Shown here: positions 1 through 10,726 of the stretch, piece after piece
Position numbering within the stretch: position 1 is the first letter of the stretch
Layout of the letters: every line of letters starts with the position of its first letter
From: Mitosporidium daphniae
Lineage: Eukaryota
Assembly (NCBI RefSeq): GCF_000760515.2
Contig: NW_013546278.1
Span: forward strand, 1-32,179
Direction of reading: 5' to 3'
DNA length: 32,179 nt
Translations under genes and position numbers: made by a program
Notes under the pieces: generated by a model
What the model was told of the DNA's origin: nothing
Databases searched by the model: none
What the model saw: the letters and a program-made list of their open reading frames with translations, nothing else

Positions 1-1
1 T

Positions 2-139
2 CTTGATCGATCTCCTGAAGTAAGACCCACTATTGAAAAACTGCTCGAATATCTCAAAAATGTAGGGTGTTGCACTAAAGATGAATTCAAAAGGTTAGCT
101 GCAAAAATTAAAGGGCCTCAAATGACTCCTTACTTATGA
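2..139 (+). CDS. 3' end of a gene, probably a protein kinase C-lobe (partial)
   Basis: Open frame from the window edge, LDRSPEVRPTIEKLLEYL...TPYL*, resembling kinase subdomain XI (L-x-x-x-P-x-x-R-P-T); TGA at 137-139. Confidence 0.5.
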   Translation, partial: LDRSPEVRPTIEKLLEYLKNVGCCTKDEFKRLAAKIKGPQMTPYL

Positions 140-149
140 AATAATGATG

Positions 150-1915
150 TTTAAAAGTCCATCAAGAAATCCAAATATTCCGAAAAAGAAGTAAAAAACG
201 ATTGCTCAATAAAATTATCTGCTCAGGCGTCTGAAATGAGAATTGGCTTGAAAGGTCAAATTCTCTTTTCATCGGTACATATAATTAAGCAGTCCATTTG
301 GCGCTCTATTAGCAGGTTCGAAGCATTGTTAGCAAATAAATCGAATTATTCTAGCAGATCGGCCGTTGCATAAACTTGGCATCAAAGCATTTTTTCATAT
401 TCAACCAAGTAAAATTGCCGGCCATGATACTCAATTATCCATTTGCCAGCTTCACGTTGGATTTGGCTTAGGTGATGCTTAACCCGGAAACTAGGATTAA
501 AGAACGACCCATAACGCACACGATAACCTGATCTTAAATATATAAGTTTTGACCATAAACGTTTGTCTATTATCAAAGTACTGTTTTTGTGGAGGTTGCC
601 AACTTTTCAATAAAAAGATCTAGAACATATGGAACGAGAATAGAATCGTAAAGCCAAAGAATCCCGGTTCTGGATGTTTTTATGGCTGCTCTAACAAAAA
701 GCGTATATGCCAACTCAAACACGATGTCAAGCGTCTTCTCATCCCGGAAACTATCTTTAATCAAGAGCACCGCATCGATGTTTTTGAGGGTTTATAAAAA
801 ATCAAATCTGCTCATCAATAGAGGTCTGGTCTGATCGTTCAAGTGTATAATCTTGTCCAAGTTATGAATTTTATGTCTTCAGAATATACGAGAGATCAAG
901 AGATATTCAAAGCCGTGGAGAAAGTTTTTGCCAAGGCAAGAGAACTTTGCCTCCCTATGGTCCCTTTTTAAATGATTCAAATGAGTAGAAGAAACCCCTT
1001 TTCCAGATGAGCCTTGTTATCAGGGGGTATAAAATCTGGAAAAAATATTTTTTTGATGATACATTTTTTGGCATTCTCACTGCGTGTTGAAAGTGTATCT
1101 TTCTGATCTTGCAAAATTGAAAAAACGAAGATCTTAACCTGGCAGCATGAATCTTTAAGATCAGTAAGCGGATTATCAGTTGAGATTCCATTTAACAGTT
1201 CTCGGGCTCTTAAGAGTGTTTGATAAAAGGCTCTTCATATATAAACGCGTAGAGAAAGTAAGCAAGCAAGTTTCTTGCAAGCAGACATCGGCATGAAAGG
1301 CTTTATTCACTTCAAAACAAACATCTGCGACCTCATTTTGTGGCCATTTTGAATTTCCAAAAGCATTGATTTCAGCACATTTTACCAATCAATTAATTAA
1401 CCTAACCATATCGAACGCAAGAAGCCGATGATATTAATCCATTAATTAGACGCAATCCAAAAAAAGAATCCAAAGGTGTGGCTTCAACCCAATTCTATCT
1501 CTAAATCCCAAGTTTTCCAATCAGATCACTGTTTCGACAAGATCTTTTGTCTAAATTGGATTTCACTGATATTATAGATCACCAAAGGCATCGATAAAAG
1601 CTTGCCTGCATTGAATGCAAAGTTGAACCACCTTAAAAGCTGCGATAGGTTTTATTTTGATGGACAAGTTTTTTGATAATAGAGCTGGGGTTGTGTTTTT
1701 GGGCTATCACCGCCACGCCCACACGAAACTTCAATCGTAAAAGATGCCATTTTCGAGCGAAAAGAATATTCACGCACCCTGATCAGGGGACAGCTTCGGC
1801 ATTTCAAACATAGAAGGCACTTTTATGGCGCTTTGCACTTGGCAGTGAAACTCGGGGATTAAGCAAACTAACAATAGCATAACGCCAACGGCAAATAAAT
1901 TGATGATTTGACCCT
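150..1915 (-). pseudogene. Possible decayed gene of unknown family (signal-peptide-like start, fragmented frames)
   Basis: 1.8 kb with no intact gene. Minus-strand fragments (382-576, 573-770, 955-1191, 1176-1388) abut or overlap, and a hydrophobic segment QIINLFAVGVMLLLVCLIPEFHC lies near 1845-1910. Stop density is only modestly below random, so support is weak. Confidence 0.35.
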
Positions 1916-2024
1916 TGAATTTAAAAAACAAAAGTATGGGTTGCAATCAGATTAGAAGAAAGCTATAACGTGCTTCAACCCTATTTATTGACTATCGTAA
2001 TGCAGAAGGTATAGACATAAAGTA

Positions 2025-3437
2025 TTAAATATCATTCTCTTTTGAAAGCACTTCATAATCAAGAATTGGCCATGGAAGCGAATCTTTGGAAATAACAGAG
2101 GTCTTCAGTCTGGCGGAGATACCACTCCAAATGGAATCCCTAATAAATAACTGTTTAAAGCGGGCTTACGATGAGTTTTGAAGCCATATGCAGTAGTCGT
2201 TTAAAAAAATTTTACAAATCGGATATCTGACTTCATCGTGATCGAACCTGTCTTTAAGTTCCAAAAATATTTTCAACAAGGCCCTTTTCCCGTTTCTTTG
2301 AAGGAGGATAGATGCATCCGTTATAATTTGATGGGATAGTATGTAATTCCTCAATAGGGGAAAACATAGTGACCTTTTAACAAAAGAAGAAGTTAGCAAA
2401 ACCAGCGACTTAAAAACCTAATGCTAAACACGCGTAAATGTACTTGTAGGAAGGAAATGGAAGCTGCGAGTTTAGAAACAAGCCAAGTAGATTCACAAGT
2501 CCATTCACCTTGAAAGATGCGTCTGTTATAAAGATAGGCCAGTAAAATGTCAAGTGCTCCATAATATATTGGCTTCAAGTCTGTGAGCATATCTATAGAT
2601 TAATCGGCATTCATACACGATTTGTGGCCAAGCGCAATCAACTGCTTTCTTTCAAATTCAGAAAACTCAACATCCGCATCGTTTGTAGGAGGAGGGAAGG
2701 AGAGGGCCAATGAGACATTTTGCTCCTCATCAATAAAATCGAAGCTAGGCATGCATGATAAATGAAGAAAATAAGTACATGTAGGCATCTTCATTAAAAG
2801 AAGTGCTTTCCTGCTGCTGTTGAAGCGCTCTGCGGGCATCAAAGGATGTTTTTTCTGGAGATTCCAAATCAAAAAGCTCCAAAGTAGATCCCCTCGGAAA
2901 GTCCTTGAAAAAATCGGTATACATGCAATTGAAGCCATAGCCATAAGACTAAATTGGTGAGCATTAAGACTATACATTGATCAACGACACCGGCTCTTGT
3001 TGTTCAACAAAAAAATCCGTTTCCTCATCGTGAAAATTAAATCTATTGTGATCGTCATTGGGGTCGATCGCTTCCAAAATTACTTCTGGAGACTGGTCTA
3101 CTTCTGAAACGAGAGAATTGATCGATGGTTGCACACATGCAGAGGGATTGCGCAAAAGTTCTCCCACAAGATCAAGATTTGGAAATTGTTGTCCAGGAAT
3201 CGCTTTTGCAATGGAAAAGGATAAGAGACCCCTCTCTAAATCAAGCTTTGCTGTTTCAGTGCCATCTTGTTTAACAGAGCCGGGGAGAGAAAGCCTCAAG
3301 TAATAGGGTTTAGCATAGCAATGAAATAGTTGCGGATCAATGGTAAATTCGACCTCCTGCGCCCGGATCAACGGGACTTTGAGAGTAATGAAAACGCGGT
3401 CATTTGACTGATCCAACCAAAAAACCGGAGTAATCAT
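2025..3437 (-). CDS. SHQ1: H/ACA snoRNP assembly factor Shq1
   Basis: N-terminal CS domain MITPVF...PYYLRLSLP; SHQ1 domain YGALDILLAYLY...GEWTCESTW...RSLCFPLLRN...FLNDYCIWLQ. Five GT-AG introns (27, 34, 24, 26, 30 nt; last at 2140-2169) join the ORF fragments; TAA at 2025-2027. Confidence 0.9.
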
Positions 3438-3492
3438 GTAAATTTTGAATTAAAAATTTATTACAACATTTTTTACAATAACAACATGAGGC

Positions 3493-3693
3493 TTAAATCC
3501 GAGTCCCGCCTTTGAATTGCTTAATAATGATGTCGAGTATGCGAACAATGGAATTGTGGTTATGTGGAACAGATGCAAATGTAGAAATGTTTTCTGTTAC
3601 AGATTGGTGTATCTTCAAGGACGTTGCGCGAAACAACTGGCTATTTACAAGCATCCTAGTTATGGTCTCCTGAAGCAAGCTCAAGGGAAGCAT
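3493..3693 (-). CDS. 66-aa small protein, possibly Mrx7/NCBP2-AS2-like
   Basis: AAATTT signal upstream of the ATG, as at neighbouring genes. LQETITRMLVNSQLFRATSLKIHQSV resembles the Mrx7 N-terminal helix pattern. Confidence 0.5.
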   Translation of the reverse strand: MLPLSLLQETITRMLVNSQLFRATSLKIHQSVTENISTFASVPHNHNSIVRILDIIIKQFKGGTRI

Positions 3694-3798
3694 TAAAATG
3701 GTGTAAATTTTACCTTAATTTCAATTCAAGTTATTCAGAAGTTAATTGGTCGTTTTACGCCAATTAACGTCTGTGCAATTCGCAAGTACGATCGCCGT

Positions 3799-3823
3799 AG
3801 AATTTAATGGAAAGCTCTAGAAG
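3799..3823 (+). promoter_or_regulatory. Heat shock element upstream of HSP90
   Basis: AGAAT-TTAAT-GGAAA-GCTCT-AGAAG: GAA at 3800, 3810 and 3820 (10-bp spacing) with a near-TTC unit between the last two, about 50 nt before the HSP90 ATG. Confidence 0.6.
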
Positions 3824-3870
3824 AATCGACTCGCTTAAATATAAAGTTAGTAGCGTGGTTTTTCACCAAA

Positions 3871-6018
3871 ATGATGGCATCAGACAATTCTCACCCTGGC
3901 GAAGAAACTTTCCAGTTTCAAGCTGAAATCAGTCAGCTTATGAGTCTTATTATCAACACTTTCTACTCCAATAAGGAAATCTTTTTGAGAGAGTTGGTCT
4001 CCAATTCTTCCGATGCTTTGGATAAGATTAGATACGAATCTCTGACCGATCCAAGTAAATTGAATACCAATAAGGACCTTTTTATCCAAATAATCCCTGA
4101 CAAGGCCAACAAGACCCTCACCATCAGAGATTCCGGTGTCGGCATGACCAAGGAAGACCTTATCCGCAATCTCGGAACAATCGCCCGCTCGGGAACCAAG
4201 GCGTTCATGGAGGCTCTTCAAGGGGGCGCTGATATTAGCATGATTGGTCAATTTGGTGTCGGATTTTATTCTGCCTATCTTGTGGCCGATAGCGTCAGGG
4301 TTATATCTAAGCACAACGACGATATTCAGTATGTTTGGGAATCTGCTGCCGGTGGTCACTTCAATGTATATCCAGATGCCGCCGGTGAATCACTCGGACG
4401 CGGTACCGCAATCATTTTGAAGATGAAAGAAGACCAGCTTGAATATCTTGAAGAACGCAAGATCCGTGACATCATTAAGAAGCATTCTGAATTCATTGAA
4501 TATCCGATCCAGCTTTTTGTTACAAAGGAGGTTGAGAAGGAAGTCCCCCAAGAAGAGCAGGAGGAGACCGTTGTGGCCTCTGAGGATTCTGACAAGCCTA
4601 AGGTCGAAGAAATCGACGAAGAAGAAGAATCTGAAGAAAATAAAAAGCCTTCCGTCAAGAAAATCAAAGAAAGCGTTTCCGAATTTGAGCAGCTTAACAA
4701 AGTGAAGCCCATTTGGACACGTAATCACGAGGACGTCAAGCCTGAAGAATATGCTGCCTTCTACAAAACCTTGACCAATGACTGGGAAGATCATCTCTCT
4801 GTGAAGCATTTTTCGGCAGAGGGACAGCTTGAATTCAAAGCAATCCTCTTTGTCCCCAAGCGCGCGCCGTTTGATCTTTTCGAGCAGCGCAAGAAACGCA
4901 ACAACATCAAGCTTTACGTTCGCCGTGTTTTCATCACCGACGACTGCGAAGACTTGATCCCGGAGTGGCTTAATTTCATAAAAGGAGTTGTTGACTCTGA
5001 GGATCTTCCTCTCAACATTTCCCGTGAAATGCTTCAACAGAACAAGATTCTCAAAGTTATTCGCAAGACTCTTGTAAAGAAATGTTTGGAAATGTTTAAC
5101 TCCATCTCCGAAAACAAGGAGGATTACAAAAAGTTCTACGAAAACTTTGGCAAAAACATCAAGCTTGGCATCCACGAGGATTCTGCCAATCGCGAAAAGC
5201 TTGCCGAGCTTTTGAGATTCAATTCAACCTATGCCCGTGATGAAATGACATCCTTGAAGGATTACGTTGCCCGCATGCCAGAATCACAAAAGAATATTTA
5301 CTACATCACCGGTGAGTCTCTTAAAGCCGTAGAGAATTCTCCCTTCCTCGAGGTGTTCAAGAAAAAGAATTTCGAGGTTCTTTTCATGGTTGATCCCATC
5401 GATGAGTATGCCACTCAACAGTTGAAAGACTTTGAGAGCAAGAAGCTGGTTCTCATCACCAAAGAGGGCCTTGAATTAGAAACAACCGAAGAAGAAAAGA
5501 AACAAAAAGAACAGGAAGTTAAGGAATACGAGTCCTTCTGCGTCACCCTCAAAGAAATTCTTGGGGATAAAGTAGAAAAGGTTGTGGTCTCCGATCGTGT
5601 TGTCGATTCCCCATGTGTTCTTGTATCTGGCCAATATGGTTGGTCTGCAAACATGGAACGCATAATGAAGGCCCAGGCTCTTCGTGAATCTTCAATGTCT
5701 ACCTATATGGCCAGTAAAAAGACCCTTGAGCTCAATCCGAGACACCCCATTGTTCGCTCTTTGAAAGAGAAATTCGAGGCCGATAAGAATGACAAGACCA
5801 TCAAGGATCTTACTTTCTTACTTTTCGAGACCTCCCTTCTTTCCTCTGGATTTTCAATCGAAGACCCATCGGCGTATGCTACCAGGATCCATCGTATCAT
5901 CAAATTTGGCCTTAACATTAATGAGGATGATGTTTCGGTGGTTGAAGATAATATTTCCACATCTGCCAATGCATCCGCCGTTGCCGCTGCTGAATCCAAG
6001 ATGGAGGAAGTAGACTAA
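3871..6018 (+). CDS. HSP90: Cytosolic Hsp90, intronless
   Basis: [43 protein letters not shown]-terminal MEEVD. Confidence 0.99.
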   Translation: MMASDNSHPGEETFQFQAEISQLMSLIINTFYSNKEIFLRELVSNSSDALDKIRYESLTDPSKLNTNKDLFIQIIPDKANKTLTIRDSGVGMTKEDLIRNLGTIARSGTKAFMEALQGGADISMIGQFGVGFYSAYLVADSVRVISKHNDDIQYVWESAAGGHFNVYPDAAGESLGRGTAIILKMKEDQLEYLEERKIRDIIKKHSEFIEYPIQLFVTKEVEKEVPQEEQEETVVASEDSDKPKVEEIDEEEESEENKKPSVKKIKESVSEFEQLNKVKPIWTRNHEDVKPEEYAAFYKTLTNDWEDHLSVKHFSAEGQLEFKAILFVPKRAPFDLFEQRKKRNNIKLYVRRVFITDDCEDLIPEWLNFIKGVVDSEDLPLNISREMLQQNKILKVIRKTLVKKCLEMFNSISENKEDYKKFYENFGKNIKLGIHEDSANREKLAELLRFNSTYARDEMTSLKDYVARMPESQKNIYYITGESLKAVENSPFLEVFKKKNFEVLFMVDPIDEYATQQLKDFESKKLVLITKEGLELETTEEEKKQKEQEVKEYESFCVTLKEILGDKVEKVVVSDRVVDSPCVLVSGQYGWSANMERIMKAQALRESSMSTYMASKKTLELNPRHPIVRSLKEKFEADKNDKTIKDLTFLLFETSLLSSGFSIEDPSAYATRIHRIIKFGLNINEDDVSVVEDNISTSANASAVAAAESKMEEVD

Positions 6019-6171
6019 ACTCCTACTGTTTCTTTCTTTCTTTCTAATAAATATTTTATAATCGACCTGTTAGGCTTTCCCCTCCAAACACACATGATAT
6101 GGATGGAAGAATGCGGATGGTGGGTGGTACCAAAAGCTTTATTTCTGACGGATACATTTGCCAGCCTTTAT

Positions 6172-6834
6172 TTAGAGTTTGCTAACATAGGGGGGAGTAA
6201 GGTCTTTATTTTGCTTGATCTTGTCATTGTGAGATAGATAAACAACCATTTGGACCTCCTTTTTTTCAAAGCCACATTTCTCATAAAATGGCACATTGCT
6301 ATCAGAACAATCAAGGATGACCTTGTAACAACCCACAGCATCGGCTATATGTTTTAACTGCTCAATAATCCTAGCATTTAAGTGGTCAAACACAGACAGG
6401 TACCATTTGCCAAAATTATTTCCACGATACTCCTTCAACGAAACGATATCTTCAATGTGACCAACCAATCCATTTTGGTGGATGAACTTGTGCTCAATGA
6501 AAACGGTGCCAGCTGCCGCGATTTTGGGCAGCGATGAGGTAGTATCTTCAATAACTACAACATAATAGTGGTTGGCATTTGATTTGTTCTGATAAAATCT
6601 CTCTACGACATAAAAACATTAGATCGGTGAAAGCTATACGTAGAAACTCCTCCCTGGTTAATTTTCCCACAACGGTCAGGTGAGACAGGCATTCCAGAAA
6701 TCCTTTTCCATTAGCGAACAGACCAAACCTTTATCAAAATCAGAGGGCGCAAGGGGTCGGATAAAAAACCCATGCGGTAGAGAATCCTGTATTTGCTTGC
6801 TAATTAAAGAACAGGGGAACATAAACGCATCCAT
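6172..6834 (-). CDS. GNA1: Glucosamine-6-phosphate N-acetyltransferase
   Basis: Spliced product IRPLAPSDFDKGFLECLSHLTVVG...EHKFIH...GHIEDIV...GCYKVILDCSDSNVPFYEKCGF; introns of 26, 37 and 33 nt. Confidence 0.93.
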
Positions 6835-6884
6835 AAGCTATTGATTGAATAACAATAGAACGTATCGAGGTTGATTGATTGATT

Positions 6885-8110
6885 TTAAATGTACAAAAAG
6901 TTGATATTTACACTAGGGTTGGTGCTTGTTTTTGTGGGCGACAAATAATTGGAGGGCGAATATTTTTTAAAAAACAAATGGCTCAGGGCTTGTTTGGCCG
7001 AAATCCGCTTTTCTGGATTTACTTGAAGCAGCTTTGATAAGAAGTCAATCAGGAAAAAATCTTTGATTTGCAATACCCTTGAGAGGTATGCTTTTATATG
7101 CATGCCATATATGTCTTTGATGGTGTTGCAATACGTTGACCGCGAATAATCGGAATATTGGAGCTCCGATAGAAAGGGCTTTCCACAGATAATCTCAAAC
7201 AAGATGCACCCGAGGGACCACATATCTATTGATGGGGTCAATTCAGAAAAACTGGTCATAACCTAAAAAGCACATAAAAAACCAAGCCAAACCAACCTCG
7301 GGCGCTCTGTATAAAATTGGCTGAATCGGGGTGTCCTTGTCGACAAACTTGAGGTCGTTAATGGTTAAAGAATTTCCAAGGTCAATAATGTATGGCCTTA
7401 TTGGCATATTGGTAGCAAAGGAGCCAGAAATACTACACGCCATCATGACGTTTTCTGGCTTGAGATCGCCATGAATGATCCCAAAAGAATGTAAAAAGGA
7501 CAACCCGCGTACAAGATGTGCACTAAAATCGCCAAATAAGTACAAGTCTTTCGTGTATTCTGGCATGAATGGTGGAATTGGAGCCAAAAGCGTTTGAACC
7601 ATGCAGATATATCCTGGAGGAAGGAAACAGGAGCAGATAAGCTGGATCAGGCCTGGTTGTGGGGCACGCGTCATCTTTAAGGAAAGCCAGCGGAGTAAGG
7701 TGGATTCCTAATCAGGTTAGATGGCGAACGCTTGTACCCGAGTGGCGATGTCAAAACAATTTAAATGAGAAATTTTGATCGCAACCTCTTTGCCACAATA
7801 AGAATCGATGGCAGAAAAAGCAACAGAATGGCTGCCAACCCCAATTTTGGAAGTGATAGTAAATCTAGAAAAAGAAATTTTAAATGGCGATTGGCAACTG
7901 TTGCATTGCTCGATCACATTGAGGGGAAGATATCCTAAACAATGGGTGGATTGAATTAAAACCTAAATTATGGCATTTTGTACATGTCGCTTCATTTCCC
8001 CTGCCAGAGTTGAGCATGGCAAAATCTTCACTACAAGAAAAGAGCAACTTTCTCAATACGTTTCCGATAGGGGGCAAAATAATTTGAACATCGCAAACAG
8101 GCTGCCCCAT
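6885..8110 (-). CDS. Divergent CMGC (DYRK/HIPK-like) Ser/Thr kinase; start uncertain (8017-8110)
   Basis: IGVGSHSVA, VAIK, HGDLKPEN, IIDLGNS, IQPILYRAPEV, IDMWSLGCILFE and PEKRISAKQALSH across ORF pieces joined by short introns. Confidence 0.85.
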
Positions 8111-8167
8111 CGAAAAATCGGCAAACACAATTGGGGTTTAATTTAAAAAAGTTTATTGATAAACCAC

Positions 8168-8189
8168 CCCTAACCTAACCCTAACCCTA
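8168..8189 (-). repeat. Interstitial telomere-type repeat (TTAGGG/TTAGG)
   Basis: Plus strand reads CCCTAA CCTAA CCCTAA CCCTA. Confidence 0.75.
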
Positions 8190-9296
8190 CCATAGGATCG
8201 GGGAGTATATGTATCTACAAAACAGCACGCTAATAATGACTGAAGAAATCCTTGCGATCAAATCGATCTCTTGAAAAGAGCCGATAAGAACAAATTCTGT
8301 AGCTAAATGGGAGAGCACAACAAAGATCAGCAGATGGGAATATGCGTGCAAATCGAACGTCAGGGATTGTGCCGAAAGTAGCACGTTAATTATCTTCATT
8401 GACAAGAACATGGGCGACCCGCCTGATGGCGGTAACGCTTCAAAGGTGACATTTTGGTTGCGAAAAAGTTGACATACTAGTCTGCATGAGAGATAGACTA
8501 ATACATGGAAAAAAACAAAGTATGTAAGGAACGAGATCTTGTCAACGAAAAAGCTATTGCACGCCGGGGCATCTGTGTAATATGTTGACAGCGTATATAA
8601 CGAATGTAAAAAGGATGGATGCACCCAGGGCCAGCTGATCAAGTTAAGAATGGAATACGGGAATCTGGAGGAGCAGCACCTGTTGATCAAGCTATTCTCC
8701 TGAAAAAACGGGAGCTTGGTAAAAACAAATACACCAATCGAAAACAGGTGCAGGATAAAAAGTAAGTCAATCGATCCAATTGAATCTGACAACGAGCTAA
8801 TCGGATAGAAATCTTTTAAGGGGGTTGAGCAATCAAACTCTAATGTCCAGCTTGGAAGGCAAAGGCAATTAGAGCTTCCAACAAAAATACCTAAAATACG
8901 TCAGTAATGATGACAATAGCTCCTACCTCGGTTAGAGCAAAGACTGGTGTTCCAATAGTTTTGAAAAGACGAAGCAGTGGGCAGTAAAAACCAGTGATTA
9001 AAAATTCCCAAATATAAACGAGAATTTGCGCATGCAGGGATGATCATACGCGCAAATCTTTCAGGCAATAAAATAGCCAAGGGCGATTGAGAGGTTTGAC
9101 TGAAATTGGCAATGGAAAAAATATAAAAATTGAGGAAGTTAATCGATACTACAGAATTTTCCATAAGTGAGGCAAAAGTAGATGCCCCCTTTATGGGCTT
9201 TATCGCAACAAAGGATTCATAGCAGGGATTTGTCGAAAAAAGAACCGCTAGTGTAAGAATAATAGCGGTGAAGGAAAGGCTTATTTTATTTAGCAT
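8187..9296 (-). CDS. 357-aa membrane protein: N-terminal signal/TM, EGF-like module, rhomboid-like 6-TM core
   Basis: A 36-nt intron (8891-8926) joins ORFs 8901-9296 and 8187-8792 in frame (370+704 nt). Motifs: CSNRG...CLCLPSW...DC, WPWVHPSFLH, SGGSP, IDLIARISSV. Confidence 0.65.
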
Positions 9297-9303
9297 AAAA
9301 AAA
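9297..9303 (-). terminator. Pol III terminator (T7) of tRNA-Asn
   Basis: Seven T on the minus strand, 3 nt after the discriminator base. Confidence 0.8.
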
Positions 9304-9306
9304 TTA

Positions 9307-9380
9307 CGCTCCCGGGTGGGCTCGAACCACCAACCTCACGGTTAACAGCCGTGCGCGCTAACCAGTTGCGCCACGGAAGC
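9307..9380 (-). tRNA. trnN-GUU: tRNA-Asn (GTT), intronless
   Basis: GCTTCCGTGGCGCAACTGGTTAGCGCGCACGGCT-GTT-AACCGTGAGGTTGGTGGTTCGAGCCCACCCGGGAGCG folds as a cloverleaf with A and B boxes. Confidence 0.97.
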
Positions 9381-9468
9381 ATACTTCGCACAAAAGTATT
9401 TTATATAAATTTGTATATTATTTTTTAATACCGCATGCCAAGATGGTTTTGTCTTCAAATTAGCCTAA

Positions 9469-9900
9469 ATGGATGAGCTTGCAAAAGTTTTATCTTTCAT
9501 TGATGAACGAAAGAATTTTGCAGCTGCAAAGTCGGTTCTAAAATCTTCGAAATGTCCAGGAAAAATTACTAAAAGCAATAATCAAGCCAAACAGCGGCAA
9601 TCGTCTCTTTTGAGTATGTTTCCAAAGTGTATTGAAGAGGAAGAAGAATCGGTCCTCGTTGCGCTCTCTTTATCTATGCAAGACCAAGGTAGAAGACAAA
9701 TGAAGGGGAAGTATTCTTCGAATGATAGCCAAGTTTCTGGCGTACTACTTCCACACGAAGCGCAAGCTATTTCTACAACTCGTTTATTAACTATTCTAAA
9801 GTCATCAAGCAAACCATTCGATGTTCAAAAATTTAAGCGTTTAGAAATTGATAACTCTGATGGTAAGAAAATGCCGCATTTCCGATTGCCAAGGGAATGA
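9469..9900 (+). CDS. 143-aa hypothetical protein with PIP-box-like and UIM/SLX4-MLR-like motifs
   Basis: Intact ORF filling the gap between the tRNA and TAF11; QSSLLSMF followed by EEEEESVLVALSLSMQD. Confidence 0.65.
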   Translation: MDELAKVLSFIDERKNFAAAKSVLKSSKCPGKITKSNNQAKQRQSSLLSMFPKCIEEEEESVLVALSLSMQDQGRRQMKGKYSSNDSQVSGVLLPHEAQAISTTRLLTILKSSSKPFDVQKFKRLEIDNSDGKKMPHFRLPRE

Positions 9901-9901
9901 A

Positions 9902-10686
9902 CTAAAAGTTTGGCCCTTTTCTTATTGATCTGACAAATGACTTGGGATCAAGATTTCCAGGATCAGAAAGTATTCTTCTATACGCTTCAAGGACATGGCT
10001 AGGTAATAGAGGATTGTCGCTTTCCCCCCATTGTGCAGAGACTTCAGAGGCAGCCTCCACCAATTCTCCAACAAACACTTTGGACATTCCAGCAGCAATC
10101 ATGATCATATTGGGATTGACGGAGGTTCCCAAAAAGGACTGCATCCACTAAATGGGTAAATTAATCGAATGTGCACCCTTTTCATGACAGGCCTTGGGAT
10201 GGCTGATTGTCTAAACTTTTCATATCTTTCTCTTTGCTGGGGTGTAAGCAGCGGAAATGCCAATCGCAGCCGCTCTTTTGCAGCGTCTATTTTTGCTCTG
10301 ATGCGTTCTTGAGAATCGCCACCACCCGAATAAATTGATCCCAAAAGAGCAGACACATCCTCATTAAAAAATCCCTCGTCATCCTCATCCTGGTCAGCAG
10401 ATGTTGAGTTAGGTCCAGATGCCGTACTCGATGACATTTGTTGCGCGCGATCTTCTGCATTTTGCGAAGGAATAGTGGCTCTTTTCTTTAAGAGTGGCAA
10501 CAAGACACCCTCGCTACTCAATAGTGTGTTGGGGGCCTGCGTCAGAAGAGATTCTCTAAATTCGGAGGAGATGCTTGCATCTAACTCTGAAAGATCTTCC
10601 GATTTTGACGTTTCATAAATAGGCATCGTATCTTGTGCCAAGATTGGAATCTTCCGCTTCCCACCACGCTTCCTGGTATTTCCCAT
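9902..10686 (-). CDS. TAF11: TFIID subunit Taf11 (histone fold)
   Basis: QQRERYEKFRQSAIPRPVMKR|WMQSFLGTSV...AGMSKVFVGELVEAA...PLLPSHVLEAYRR; 29-nt intron at 10148-10176. Confidence 0.92.
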
Positions 10687-10726
10687 GGACACGAGCTAAA
10701 AATTAAAATTTAGAAATTGTTTATTT

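Noticed and set aside
1777..1788. Perfect palindrome CCCTGATCAGGG
   Set aside because: Several 12-bp palindromes are expected by chance in 32 kb.
150..1915. Stop-codon reassignment as the explanation for in-frame stops in the gene-free regions
   Set aside because: Conserved genes end at the expected positions with TAA (HSP90, DBP3), TAG (CDK7) and TGA (MCM4), and none needs read-through.
3880..5999. Long antisense ORFs within HSP90 (and similar ones within MCM4, PRI1, DBP3 and SDH1)
   Set aside because: Shadow frames caused by the codon bias of conserved genes; no recognisable motifs.
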